DNA of 37,133 nucleotides from Intoshia linei. Taxonomy: Eukaryota > Animalia > Orthonectida. The translations under genes and the position numbers were made by a program. The DNA is taken from NCBI GenBank assembly GCA_001642005.1, contig LWCA01000249.1, forward strand, positions 1-37,133, read 5' to 3'. The notes below the pieces were generated by a model. It was not told where the DNA came from. It worked only from the letters and a program-made list of their open reading frames with translations, and searched no databases. This document shows, in pieces, positions 22,564 through 34,652 of this stretch (positions within the stretch are counted from its first letter, which is position 1; the number at the start of each line of letters is the position of its first letter).

Positions 22564-25500
22564 TCATTGATCTTCATAATAACGAAAATGCTTTGATCCG
22601 TATTTTAATCGATCGTCGTATTTAAATTGACTGTGTAGTTGAGATTCATATTCAAGTGAATCAATCTTTTTAAAATTAAATCTAAATTTTTATGAGGTGG
22701 AATTTTATAGAAATGTTAAATTTATTATTATTATTAAATTTATTAAATTTACGTTTTATCGTGTATGCACTGTAAATATTCCTTCATTTTTAATTGTTCT
22801 CGCGCATTTTCAATGCTAAAGTAATCTGTTTGTACCCTCAAAGTTGGTTCCAATTTTTTATGACGTAGATGAAATACAACACTTGGCGCTTTGAATGGAC
22901 CCTAAAAAGTTGATTTATATGTTTTTATTAGGATTTTATTCAGAAATACAACTTTTAATTTAATTTAATTTTTATTTTTACCTTAAAATCAAATGGTTTC
23001 GTTGGATTGCTGTATTTATTTTCTACTGTTATGCATTTCAGTTTCATTTTTTTCTTTATTTCTCTCATAGATTTTTTATTTTCCATTTTGTTATAATATT
23101 TTATCAAGTCATTCATTTTTTGTAGTTTTCTAATATTTATTAGTTAAATTTTTATAAGGCGTTATAATTTAAATTTTCAATTTCAGTCTATGTGGAGAAT
23201 TATGCAAAAATATATATTTTTACAACCTGAAAGAAAAAATCCCGTTTCTGTAAAATTAAGTCTTTTATTAAATTTTTGGTAAAAAAAACTAAAATAGATT
23301 TTTCTACTGCATTTGGTCTTCTGTAGAGGTGACGAATTACCATCAATCGAGTTAAAATGTATTCTTGACTTAGTGAAGTATAATTATAATTAGAAATATA
23401 ATTATATAGTAACAATGTATACATATCATATTACAACTACAATACAGTTTTGACATTGACGTAAAATATAAACGAACGGTATTTATATTACGGGTGATAT
23501 TTTGAAGAATATACTCCATCAATCATGTTAGTTCCTACTAAGTGATGATTTTTGATGCAATATTTTTTTAATTCTTTCTCCTGGTTGCTTTCAAAATCAA
23601 TCTTATTTTCCAGATTAATTTGTTTGGATTTTTCCAATTTTTCCAGTCTAAACATCAGTTATTATCATAATATCATATATTACAGGCCGTTTAAAAAGTT
23701 TGGTTTCTTTAAAAATTGTGTGTAAATTATTGAACTTTTATTATTGTAAACTAAAAATTATGTGAAGGATCAACTTTTACCAGCACAAAACAAAAAAGTC
23801 CATTTTAACCAAAATATCCAGGATCAAGACAATTTTTTATCCGGCCACATTTATTCACTTTGAAAAAAACTCTTGCATTATTCCTTTTTAATCTTACGTT
23901 TTTAGAAAATTGTATAGACTCAATTTTTGTCAGTATTTGTCAATTTTGCTATTTTAAAAGTCCTTTTTTTTGGAGTTAATAAAAAATGCCTTAATAATGT
24001 ATAATGAGTTAAAATTACATATAAATTTTATGACGTTTCTGAATTCCATTTAAAAACATTTTTTGAGCGTAATAGTCATGTTTATACTTACGGCTATAAT
24101 AACCTTTCCACGTTTTTTGTATCTAGATTTTATTAATTTGAATAAAATTTTATCATTGTATTATTACAGTTAGTTCGGCATAATCTCAACCAGGGATTGG
24201 AATTAATTGATTGTAACAAATTTAATTGCAATTAATTGGTAAAAATGATTAAAAAATAATCAATTAATTGTTTGTTCAAAAATTATTTTTCAATTCATTG
24301 CTTTATCAAAAATAAAAAATTTCAATTAATTGAAGATTGATAACAATATCATAATCATTTTTAAAAAACTGTCATGAGGTTATAATAAATATACTACGAT
24401 GCTGTTTGTTCGAAGTACATAAAATTCAAGCTAGTAAGTTAAATACATCATTTTTCTGGTACAAACGCGTTTCTATTTTTCTAAAATTGGATAGAATAAT
24501 GAAAAGTTGTTAATATTTTATTATACAATTTTAAACTATTTTAGTACCATTATATTATATTTGCAAATTAGTACTTAAAAAATATTTTCATATTATTTAC
24601 TTAATTTTATTTTTTCTTTTGAATTTGGAAATAAAAGTTTTTCTGGAAATAAATAAAGCATGGTAAGACTGTGATACGCTACAACGAGTGTTGACATTGT
24701 CAACTTGACACCTTAATATTGTATTATTATAAATTATAGTGTATATTATTATTTATTAATTTAATTTTTGAACTACATAAAAAAAATTTAATTAATTTTA
24801 TCATGCAACCATTCATCAATAAGAGGAATCAATTTATATTTTTTCAGTTATATAAAAAAAACCAATTAATTAAAAATTGTATCATTTATTCTAATTATTC
24901 ATATAGACCAGTGGTTTTCAACCCTGAGGTCGCTGCCACTAGGGGGGTCGCGAATTTTATCAGAGGGTCGTGAGAATTTGAAAATTTATGAATATATTTA
25001 TTTTTTTTTTTTATTTTAACATAATATTAAAAGTAATAATGTTATGGAAATATTTTTACATTCTGTATCAAAATTTAAAAAGTTCTTCTTCACTCAATAT
25101 ATAAACTATTACCGATAAAATACAGGATAAGGTAATAGATTTAATAAATGAATTCACTGCACGTAATATTTTCTATGAAAAACCATTTTATCATTTTATT
25201 ATTATATATATTATACATATTACATATATATTATATTATTATCATTTATAAAATCATGTTATTATTCTATGAAAAAAATTTTTGGGTCGCGAGAATTTTT
25301 TATGTTTATAAGAGGGTCGCGAACACAAAAAAGGTTGAAAACCACTGCTATAGACTAAATATCAGGGTGATCAATTGTGGGTCAACTTAGCGTTCAGAAA
25401 AATTAGATCTGACTGCGTAAATTTTCATATATAAAAAACCATTATAGCTGCATCTCGCCTCATTTTATTATATTCCTGGTCTTTTTTTTCCTAAGTACAC

Positions 25501-27434
25501 TTTAAATAAATTTGTATAATTAACTTGATAATAAAGTTAATTATAATTATTATAATACTATATTACTATATTATTACATAAATCTATATATACCAGCCGT
25601 GTCAAACTTGCGGTCCGCGGGCCGCATGCGGCCCATTTCAAATTTACGTGCGACCTGTCGAAAATTTGTATATGTATATATATTATATTATTAATACTAA
25701 TATTATATTAATATATAATTAATATTTATATTGTTAAATATTTCAAAATTAATTGTGTATCATCATTATCAGACCTAAACTGCGAGAAGATCAAATTAAC
25801 TTATAAATTAATGATAATTAACACTTAATTCAAAATTTATAAAAATACGTAGAATTTATATCAAATTAAAATTCTAGTTTTATTATTCGAACGATAATTT
25901 AAAAAAATTAATATTGCACAATGGATACAAAACCGTACAAAAAAAATCTCATTTTTAATTTACATGGTCGAATTATCACAAAATAATTAATAATTAAATC
26001 AACGTGTATTACAAAATGATCTAGATCAGTAGTTCCCAAAGTTTTTCCAACATGGACCACTTGTCACCCAAAAAAATCCCCTTAATCCTGAACACGTTAC
26101 TAACGTAATATTGATATTTTTTTATTATATATTTCTCCTTAAATTGAAAATTTTACATTAATTTTGACAAAGTAGCTTAAATGGCGTAATTAAAAAAATT
26201 TTTAATTTAAAACATACTTATGGCGAACTACCAGTGCCGTATGCGAGATCCTTTCACCGAGGGATCTTGACGAAATTTTTTTTAAAAAAAAGGCTTTAAT
26301 TTACTAAATTGAGCATTAAAAAAATTCTTGAATATCAACTAATTTAAGTGTTAAGTTTGAAATGTCAACTCAAGAGTCTTGGAAAGGTGGATAGGTTTAT
26401 ATGACATTATAATTCATTTATAAAATTTTTTAATGGGGTATTTCTTATTTTTGAAGTAGCGACGGGCTTTCTAGGTTCAATTCTAAAGACTACCATCGAA
26501 CTAAGTTAAATCGTTACATAAGTTAAATTTAACGCATGTGAAAATTATTCACGTTATTCAGTCAGTAAATTTTCATTTTATGTTGATTAAATGATTTTTA
26601 CGTTCACTAATAATAATAATAAATGATCAATACAATTCTAGTTTATTATTACATTTGTATTATTGTTAAAAAAAGGTTATCTTCATTTAATTTAAAATTT
26701 TTCTTGTGGACCACCTATAATTTCCTGTGGACCCTTTAGGAACCACTGATCTAGATTCATATTATAATGGTTTTCAAAGGTGATGCTAGAAAAATTTTCA
26801 AAGTAATAATAACATCCGCGTATTTGAGTTTGCCATGGCTGCAATATACTACTGTATATATACTCATTTATATTAATGACAGTGATTAAAATTAACATGA
26901 TAAAATTTAAATAAAACTTAAAAACAACCATTGCTAGACGTCTAAATTTTTGCCTTCCCATATACCCACGCCAGGTTTTTTGAATTTTTGTTGCACATTC
27001 ATTTAAATATCTAATAAGCCAAAATCAATCAAAATATACAATCAATAATGTTATAATAGCTATAGAAAATATAAGAATTATCAAAACTTTTACTAAAATG
27101 TACATTGTACAATATACGGTTAACCCAAAATCCCATAAAATGATCAAATAAAGAATTTGAATATAGCATTTTATACATTTACACCCATTCATAACTTTAA
27201 AATAATTACTTTAATTGTTTTCGCCATTTCACACCTCTAAACCAAGATTGAATTTTGACTGCTGCAAAGTATTCGTCGAATCGATTATTTTCCGTGTCTC
27301 TAATTACAAATTCATGTGATATTTATTAATGTTTGAATAATGATGAATGATGATAATAATGAATACGTCAATCTATTGCTATACTCAACGATGAGATGCT
27401 CCAAATTTTGTTGAATTAGTTGTTCCAAAGACAT
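22564..27434 (-). CDS. SPATA17: Spermatogenesis-associated protein 17 (three IQ motifs)
   Basis: Exons 27434-27367, 27299-27210, 27010-26929, 25490-25440, 24122-24019, 23647-23492, ~23129-22982, 22901-22753 and a last exon to TGA at 22564. IQ motifs AAVKIQSWFRG, ATKIQKTWRGYMGR and AAIM|IQKTWKGYYSRKY; also HHLVGTNMIDGVYSS and GPFKAP...LEPTLRV...AREQL. Splicing around 23130-23490 is uncertain. Confidence 0.9.
24191..24890 (+). mobile_element. Family B hAT MITE, right end lost
   Basis: Starts CAGGGATTGGAATTAATTGATTG and is colinear with 34653-35315. Confidence 0.75.
24909..25347. mobile_element. hAT Buster/Charlie-type MITE
   Basis: Perfect 15-bp TIR CAGTGGTTTTCAACC/GGTTGAAAACCACTG; 8-bp TSD ATATAGAC/CTATAGAC (7/8); repeated subterminal GGGTCGCGA motifs. 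Confidence 0.9.
25594..26841. mobile_element. hAT MITE hosting a nested MITE
   Basis: TIRs CAGCCGTGTCAAACT / AGTTTGCCATGGCTG; TSD ATATATAC/CAATATAC (6/8); GC-rich subterminal CCGCGGGCCGCATGCGGCCC. Confidence 0.75.
26027..26748. mobile_element. hAT Charlie-type MITE nested in 25594-26841
   Basis: TIRs CAGTAGTTCCCAAAG / CTTTAGGAACCACTG (13/15) with a perfect TSD ATCTAGAT (NTCTAGAN target). Confidence 0.9.
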
Positions 27435-27489
27435 ATTTTAATTCATTGCAAAAATTTGTTTCTATTTGAAATGAAATAAATTGTCCCCA

Positions 27490-27504
27490 GTTATTATTGG
27501 TAAC
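27490..27504. promoter_or_regulatory. Candidate RFX X-box in the SPATA17/CIMIP6 bidirectional promoter
   Basis: GTTATT-ATT-GGTAAC fits the degenerate consensus RYYNYY-N1-3-RRNRAC and lies between two divergent ciliary gene starts. Confidence 0.45.
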
Positions 27505-27587
27505 AATAGTAAATAAAAGGTAGCACAGAAAATGTTTCTAATTATTAACACATATTATAATATAGTTCTGTATATATTTGTTTTGAA

Positions 27588-28573
27588 ATGTTTAGGATTA
27601 ATAAAATTACCAGAAAGAAAAAAATTAAAAAAATCAATTCGTAATTTTTGTTTACATATTTATCGTATTTTTTTTTATAGAAGAAATTATGACGTATTTG
27701 GCCAAGATGTACAAAAATTGAATAATCCCTCTAAAATTGTTTTTGTAAACACATCGTTGGAGTTGGATCAAAGTAAATCTTGGCGTAGAAATCGACCCAA
27801 CCCTCAAAGATCGTCATTTATTAGATCCAACGCTCGAACCTTGTGTAAACCGATATGCTATGTCACCACCAAAAAAAATGAACAAAATGAAAATTTGTTC
27901 TATGAAATTCAGACAAATGACAATTACTCCAATATTTTACCAAAAAAAATTATAGATTCTGATAAAATTACCTCTACTCAAAGAAGTGACTTTATTAAAC
28001 CACATTTAGATCTAAATCAACACAGTAAGTGTAAGCACCGGAATACATACGTAGCTAAATCGATAAGTAAATAATTGATATATAATTATTGAGTTAATAT
28101 ACGTATGGTTCCAAGTTTGAATCTAGTCGACGAATTTTTTTTACCAACATGTATAAGAGGTATGAGGTTTTTAGTAATTTTTTTACCCAAGTCTAAAATT
28201 GATTTACATGTTAATGTCATTTTTACCACGTTTTAAACCTCTTAAAGACTTGCCATGTCCGAAAAAGTGGTCGCTTTTGCCCCAAGTGCCCAAAACTGTA
28301 GTAAAGCGACATGTAGATTACAATTATATATATTATTAACATGTAAAACTATTAATTTAGTTCCTCGATTAGAGGTGTCTTCAGATGGTTATCTTGTAGA
28401 AATGAGATCTTTTGAGCACGAAATAAACAATAAGCTTAATCATTACGGCCCTCCAAAAGGAAATGTAATAATTTTTTATACAGTTAATTCCAAAGAGTCA
28501 TTTCGATTAAATTTATTCCTTAATATAAAAAATTTAGAGGCAAGGATGCTACATCTGGAAAGTTGAAAATTAA
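27588..28573 (+). CDS. CIMIP6: C2orf73/CIMIP6-like ciliary microtubule inner protein
   Basis: Inferred exons 27588-27640, 27681-28024, 28361-28464 and 28538-28573. Motifs FIRSNARTLCKPICYV, STQRSDFIKP and EMRSFEHE...PKGN|RQGCYIW parallel remembered C2orf73 FINTNARTYNEPFPYI, STQRSDFQKP and EYISFIHQY...GKRHGAFV. Confidence 0.75.
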
Positions 28574-29134
28574 AATTTATTCATATTTACATGTCCAAAA
28601 TAAAGAAAATTAATGAAATGAACTTCGTTATCTTGAGTAGACCCGTTTTTAATTTTTTGTACATAATCATACACAGCCTTATGGCGAGCTGATTCAGCTG
28701 AATAATCGTATGAGGTGAATTTGCGCATGAATGGTAAAAAAGTGTCTTCATCCTCTTGGTCTGGTTTGGCTTTGTGAGGTTTTTTATATGTGTTTGCATC
28801 CACTTTAAAGCGATCTGTTGACAATTTAATGAATTCCAAGAATTTGGTCAATAACCTCGGTTTTTCTTTAAATAATAAAGCAATATTTATGATTGTTTCA
28901 GTAATACTGTTGCGGTCAGACGCATAATCTTCGAGTACTTTTTTAAATTTTATGAAATCTGATTTCGACAACGTTTTTATCAATTTACACAAATCAACAG
29001 CTTTGGTGTACATTTTCAGTTGATAATAATTCAAATGGTCTAGTAAAAAACTTTGTTATTAATATTATTTATATGTTAGTATTAAAATCATTACCTAATT
29101 TATTTTAAAAATAAAAAGTACCTAAATTCGACAT
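28570..29134 (-). CDS. Small (~160 aa) protein with a harmonin-N-like/PAH helical bundle, resembling the RTEL1 harmonin-homology domain
   Basis: Exons 29134-29122 (MSNL) and 29039-28570. LSKSDFIKFKKVLEDY...IALLFKEKPRLLTKFLEFIK resembles RTEL1 LSQANFATFTQALQDY...LGPLF...LLQGFYQFV. A second partial bundle reads AVYDYVQKIKN. Confidence 0.55.
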
Positions 29135-29677
29135 TGCTTAAATTTTTCAAGATATTGATCCAATTTAGATGAAAATATTTTAATATTAAGAAAATTTAAA
29201 ATTTATTCTATATAAATTTATTATTTAAAAATTATCGAAATATTGATCTAAATATTTTAAAAGTAGAACGTAGGTATTCAACTTTCTTAATAAATTTTAA
29301 TTTCCTATACATGCATTTAAATACAACAAATAGTAAAGAACAAAAAATTAATTTAACATTAAAATATAATTATTATTAATTAAACTAATTTCATTTAAAT
29401 TTTATTTGTCTAATTTCTAAACTAAAAGCTGATTTTAATGTGATTTAGGTTGACCAATTAACATAAGTAATCATTGATTCATGTAATTTTGATTATTATT
29501 CCATCTAAGATGAAGCGATTAAAATTTACACATCTTTAGATGTAAACAAATTCCTTATATTAAAGTATACAAAAGTAGAAATAGAATATATATCTATAAA
29601 TAGATATTTATTATTTAGAATAAATAATAATTTTATAAAGTTTTTAATAATGATTGTAATAAATAAATAAATACGTA

Positions 29678-32076
29678 ATGTTTGGTTCGGAAAAACACAT
29701 CATGATAGTTGGCTATTTTTTAGCGTTTTCGGTTGGACATTTATATTAATTTAATTTAATATAATTTTATTATTAGGATTTATTTGCTGTAAGTCTATTT
29801 TTACCATTAATGATGAAATATATTCATTCGTGGGGTACAAGCGCCACAACTGCAGGATTCATCAGTAAATATATAATTTTTTTTTAATAATATTTAAGTG
29901 TCTATATATGGATTTACTCAATTTTTCAGTGCTCCGTTAATGGTATTTTTATTACATTAAATTTTAATTATGTATATTTTTTACATATTTTATTATAAAT
30001 AGGGACGTTTGACAAATAGCTATGGCTGTGAAAATATACTCACCGTGTGTCTCTTACTTTCTGCTCTATCTTACATTTTGTTGTCTCTAGAAATTTCACT
30101 ACAATTTCTCATTTTCACACGTTTCATAGCAGGTTAGTCAACTTTTAATGATATCATAATGAAATTCTTTAAAATAGGTTTATTCAAGCATGTCCAACTA
30201 CAAATACAGACTATAACAATAATAACACAAGAAAAAAATTATCTAGCTCAGGTTTAAAAATTTAAATGTCGAGAGCATTTAAACTATATATAATTGTATG
30301 TATAACTAATTATAGAGTCTAGCTTATGTTATTTGTAATTGATACAAACAGCAACTAGTTGATATAGTAGTCGACTAAATAATGATCATTATGATATCAT
30401 TTATTTCGTTTAGTCAATTTTTTAATTAAATTTGATTTTACATGAGGTTTTGTATAACGGATTTTTTACTTTTTTTTAACTAATTTTGTAAAATTTTGCC
30501 AATCGTTATCAACCCTGGTAAATATTAAGAATATAATGTACGGCTATTTATATAGTACCTTAAGTAATTGTAAATTGAAAAGAAATTGGAAAATTTGACC
30601 AATCTCAATAATCCCTATAAATATCTTTTTTACAACTTTTGGGTACCACTACAAAATTTGATAGCATTAATGCATACGAGAAATGTTTTTAAATGAACTC
30701 AATCTTTTTTTTCTTAATACAAAATATGTTACTTAGAACAGCCATTCTCAACTGTCCATATGGACCCCCAGGAGTCTTTATCTATTTTTCAGTTGCCTAA
30801 TTTGAGTCATTTGAAATTTGAAACCTATTTTGTCATTTTCAATGTGATGATATATATTCAGTACCAATTTAATAAATACTTACAAATACCAATTGTCTAT
30901 AAATAATTAACCGAATCTTCACTTTATAAACATTTTAGACAAATTTTACTAATATTGCAAAGGATTATAATAAATATAAAAAAGATATTAACAAAGTTGC
31001 TTTAGTTTCTATTTAAATTATTTTCCATATTAAAATATTTTGAAAATAAGAATTTGAAATTTAAAAATTGCGTAGCAAATGAAAAAATTCCGATGGATCA
31101 ATATTTACATTTTCAATTTTTATTTTAATGGAAATATTTGAAAAATATTCATTGAAATATATTAAAAATTATTTTTCACCGGAAATGCGTAGATTTAAGG
31201 GGTTGATATTGTGTATATATATCAATTGGAATAAGCTCTATCAGAATAATCTTTTTTTTAACTTTTGGACAGTTAATTATTTCACATTTTTGATTAACCG
31301 TTTACGGTTAAAATTAAACTTAAAATTACTGTAATTATTAAAATAAAATTTTTCAGAAAAAAAATATATGAATACTAAAATGCTTTTTTTACCGTGAAGT
31401 CGTCACTTATTCGGATTGAAATTTTTTGTGTGTGTTAACAGGATACAACTGTACCACCTGTAAAATTTTTTAAATTCTAGGGCTGTTTTCATAAAAAAAA
31501 GGGTAATTTGGGGTTTTGGCTCTGAAGATATAATTTTTTTAAATTTAAATTTATTATAATTTTTATGATTTTAAAATCCGTATCAGCGTGTACATTTTTT
31601 TAAATTCTAGAACTTGTTTGATTTTCAAAAAAAGGACAATTAAGATTTTTGATTTGTAACATGTGAGTTTGGGAGGTTGAAATTTATCTTATTATTACTA
31701 CCGGAAAAAACTGTAATTGAAATATGGACTTTATAAAATTCTAATTAGGTTTACATATTTTAAAACGTAGTTTTAAAAGATTTTTCGTCATATTTAAATT
31801 CATACAAGTATACATTTAAAATGTAATTTTCTTATTGTTAATTAATGATCAACCCCTTCACTTTCATAATAAAATTTGTAAGAAAATTGTTAAAAAGTTA
31901 GAAAATGTTGTGTTATAATTGAATTTTTATATTTTAGGCAATAGGTAGGTTAAACCTAATGGGAAATTTAGCCTTTATACTTGGCCCAGCAATTTCTTCG
32001 ACGTTGATGAGAATAGGATTTGTGAAATTCAAAAATTTGGCAGAAATATCTGGCATCATATTTCTGTTAAACTTTG
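29678..32076 (+). CDS. MFSD9: MFS transporter MFSD9-like, N-terminal half (6 exons); C-terminal half not found in window
   Basis: Exons 29678-29731, 29777-29864, 29899-29942, 30003-30132, 30178-30251 and 31938-32076 give DLFAVSLFLPL...SWGTSATTAGFI.SIYGFTQFFSAPLMG...TRFIAGLFKH...IGRLN...AFILGPAI. Confidence 0.85.
31030..31742 (-). mobile_element. Family A copy, minus strand, 5'-truncated, in MFSD9 intron
   Basis: Reverse complement of the family A body; closely similar to 33245-33870. Confidence 0.75.
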
Positions 32077-32330
32077 GTAATATTTTTAAACATCATAAAA
32101 TGTGATTCATGAAATGAGGAGAAAATCAAATTTTAATAATTTTAAAATTTTTAAATAAAAGACAGCGATTCCTAAATGCCGGTTTTTAAAATAATCTTAA
32201 CGATCGGTGGATATGTTTTTTTAAAATTTAAACAATCAATTAATTAATATTAGATTTATTAGTACATGTATAATTATTATATTTGTATTAAGAAATTTTT
32301 TTATTTTTTCCTAGTAATTTCGTTTTATTN

Positions 32331-32998
32331 GACCATCTAATGTTGCTCTGCACTCATCAGTAAATATAACCTTTTGGAATTTGTCTCTAAATTGATTTTA
32401 GCCCATTTTATTCGTTTTTCCTAAAGGATAGGTTTCAAAATAGGTCTTCTTAGGGATTTTTTACAGATGCAATAGAGTTTAAAATCCTACAGCGAGTCGT
32501 TTTAGACACATTTATTACATTACAAGACGAGAATATGCTGGAACTCGTGAAAAGTGGTGTTAGTCACACGATCCTTTTAATTCGAGATAATTCTCTTGGT
32601 GACACTACCTTTTTTCGACCGCATTTGGATCTTTCGTTTTTCTTTGATGGGGCATTCAGCCATTTTTTAATAGTCCAATGATCCCGGTCTAGACATCGAG
32701 AAATTTGAAGAGTACTATTTCCTTTAGCTAGTAAACCGCCAATTTCATTTTTTTCGTTCACGCTTAGGTCGCTTTTTAATCGCATTTACGATTTGCCTAA
32801 TAAATTGGTACACTTTAAATTTAAAAAAATGTAATATGTAAATATAAAGTTTTTGTGTAACTTAACTACAATATATAATTGTAATTATAAATTGCATCAA
32901 TTAAAAGTCACTTAATCAAAAAAAAATATGAGTTTTGAACATTTTTAAAGTCTAACACACAACTTTCAATGATTTGCATAACAAATTGGTACAGTGTG
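32331..32998 (-). mobile_element. Tc1-family transposon 5' half with disabled transposase and IR/DR-type end
   Basis: HTH region MRLKSDLS...ISRCLDRDHWTIKKW...GRKKV, then TGA at 32564, further stops and a frameshift, then FQKVIFTDECRATLDG (first catalytic Asp) ending at the n at 32330. Terminus TA|CACACTGTACC. Direct repeats at 32790-32812 and 32971-32993. Confidence 0.88.
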
Positions 32999-33244
32999 TA
33001 ATTATATCGAGTCTAGATATCACTCTTTTTTACCTTAAAATTTTTATATTTGACGTGCATAATTTATTGATATAAATTTATGTATAACAGTGAATTTTTT
33101 TAATTTTGCATTGATATAATTCATATTAAATATTTAAAGGTTACATGAGCAATATCAGAAAGTCTCGCGTCATATTAAAACCGATCGTATCATAACATTA
33201 AAAATATTCAAATTGTTAAGTAATTATAAATGAAACTAGGTTGA

Positions 33245-33939
33245 TGCACATTTTTTTTGAAATTGTAGGATCAATATTTACATTTTCAATTTTTATTTTA
33301 ATTGATTTATTTGAAAAATTGGTTGATAGTATATTAAAAATTATTTTTCACCGGAAATGCGTAGATTTCTGGAATTGAAATTTTGTATTTATATCAACTG
33401 GAATAAGCTCTACCAAATTAATTGTTTTTCGGACCGTTAATTATTTCACATATTTTGTTTTAATGAAATATTTCGGAAAAAAAATATATGAATACTTAAA
33501 TACTTTTTTGAAGTATACCGTGAAGTTTTCACTTATTCGGATTAAAATTTTCTTTGTGTGTTAACAGGATACAACTGTACCACCTGTAAAATTTTTTAAA
33601 TTCTAGGGCTGTTTTCATAAAAAAAAGGTAATTTGGGGTTTTAGCCCTGAAGATATAATGTTTTTTAATTTAAATTTATGATAATGTTTATGATTTTAAA
33701 ATGCGTATCAGCGTATATATTTTTTAAATTCTCCAACTCGTTTGATTTTCAAAAAAAGTGACAATTAGGGTTGTTGACCCGTAAGATGTGAGATTGGAAA
33801 ATTGAAATGTATGTTATTATCACCCGGAAAAAACTGTAATTGAAATATGAACTTTATAAAATTCTAAGACTGGTAGTTATAAAATAAAGTGGAACACATA
33901 CACAAATAAATATTGCGTAGCATATTATATAACTAAGGA
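33245..33939 (-). mobile_element. Family A copy, minus strand
   Basis: Ends ...CATATTATATAACTAAGGA|T, the reverse complement of A|TCCTTA.TTATATAATATG; body colinear with the 4954 and 7046 copies. Confidence 0.75.
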
Positions 33940-34652
33940 TAGAGATTAAATTCAAACCACTTACTGTCTAAAAAGGAATAATACAGGTAAACTTTATTTA
34001 TTATTAAAAAATATTTAACAGTATGCATGGTATGCATTGCATACACTTAAGAATATGGATGATAACAAATGAATTTACATGGCACTAAAAATGGAATATT
34101 GTAGATCACTTCATTTATTTTCTAGTTTTGCATACAAAATATTAATTATATATTAAAACCAAAATATATATTAAAAAATCAATAATGTTGTGCTTGGCAA
34201 ATTTTTTATATAAAAAATAGACTTACAAGAATCTTTGGTCATTTAAAAATGATTTTGGATTGTAAATTTAAACACAATATTCTGGTTTTCTTCAAAATTT
34301 TAATATAATCTTAGAGTATATTAATGATACTATAATTACTCGTTTCAAAATCTATTTAAAATATATCAATTAATATTCAATAAAGTATGATTAAATAGCT
34401 AAATATTTTTTGGAATTACTCGCTAAATAAAAATAAATCATTCTTTTTTATTAATAATATAAACCTTATATTTATAAATTCCATTGATAAATAATTTACA
34501 CACTTTTATTAATATAAAATTCATTGATATTTACTAATTTGGTATATTAAATGTATTACATATTGCTAGATAAAAATAATTAATTTTTATCAATTTTAAT
34601 AAAAAATATGAAATGAATCAAATATTTTTAACGTGTAATGTACAGTGTTCAC

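Noticed and set aside
29820-29872. Minus-strand IFTDES as a Tc1 catalytic motif
   Set aside because: It is the antisense shadow of MFSD9 exon 2 and has no flanking transposase sequence.
5603-31334. Short ORFs at 5603, 13465, 18699, 18884, 25148, 31128 and plus-strand ORFs opposite AK9 exons
   Set aside because: Low-complexity F/I/K/N/Y-rich translations of AT-rich repeats or antisense shadows, with no recognisable motifs.
33945-34320. Possible small exons (minus-strand donor-like GTAAGT sites, or MFSD9 continuation)
   Set aside because: I could not build a stop-free spliced frame or recognise any homology.
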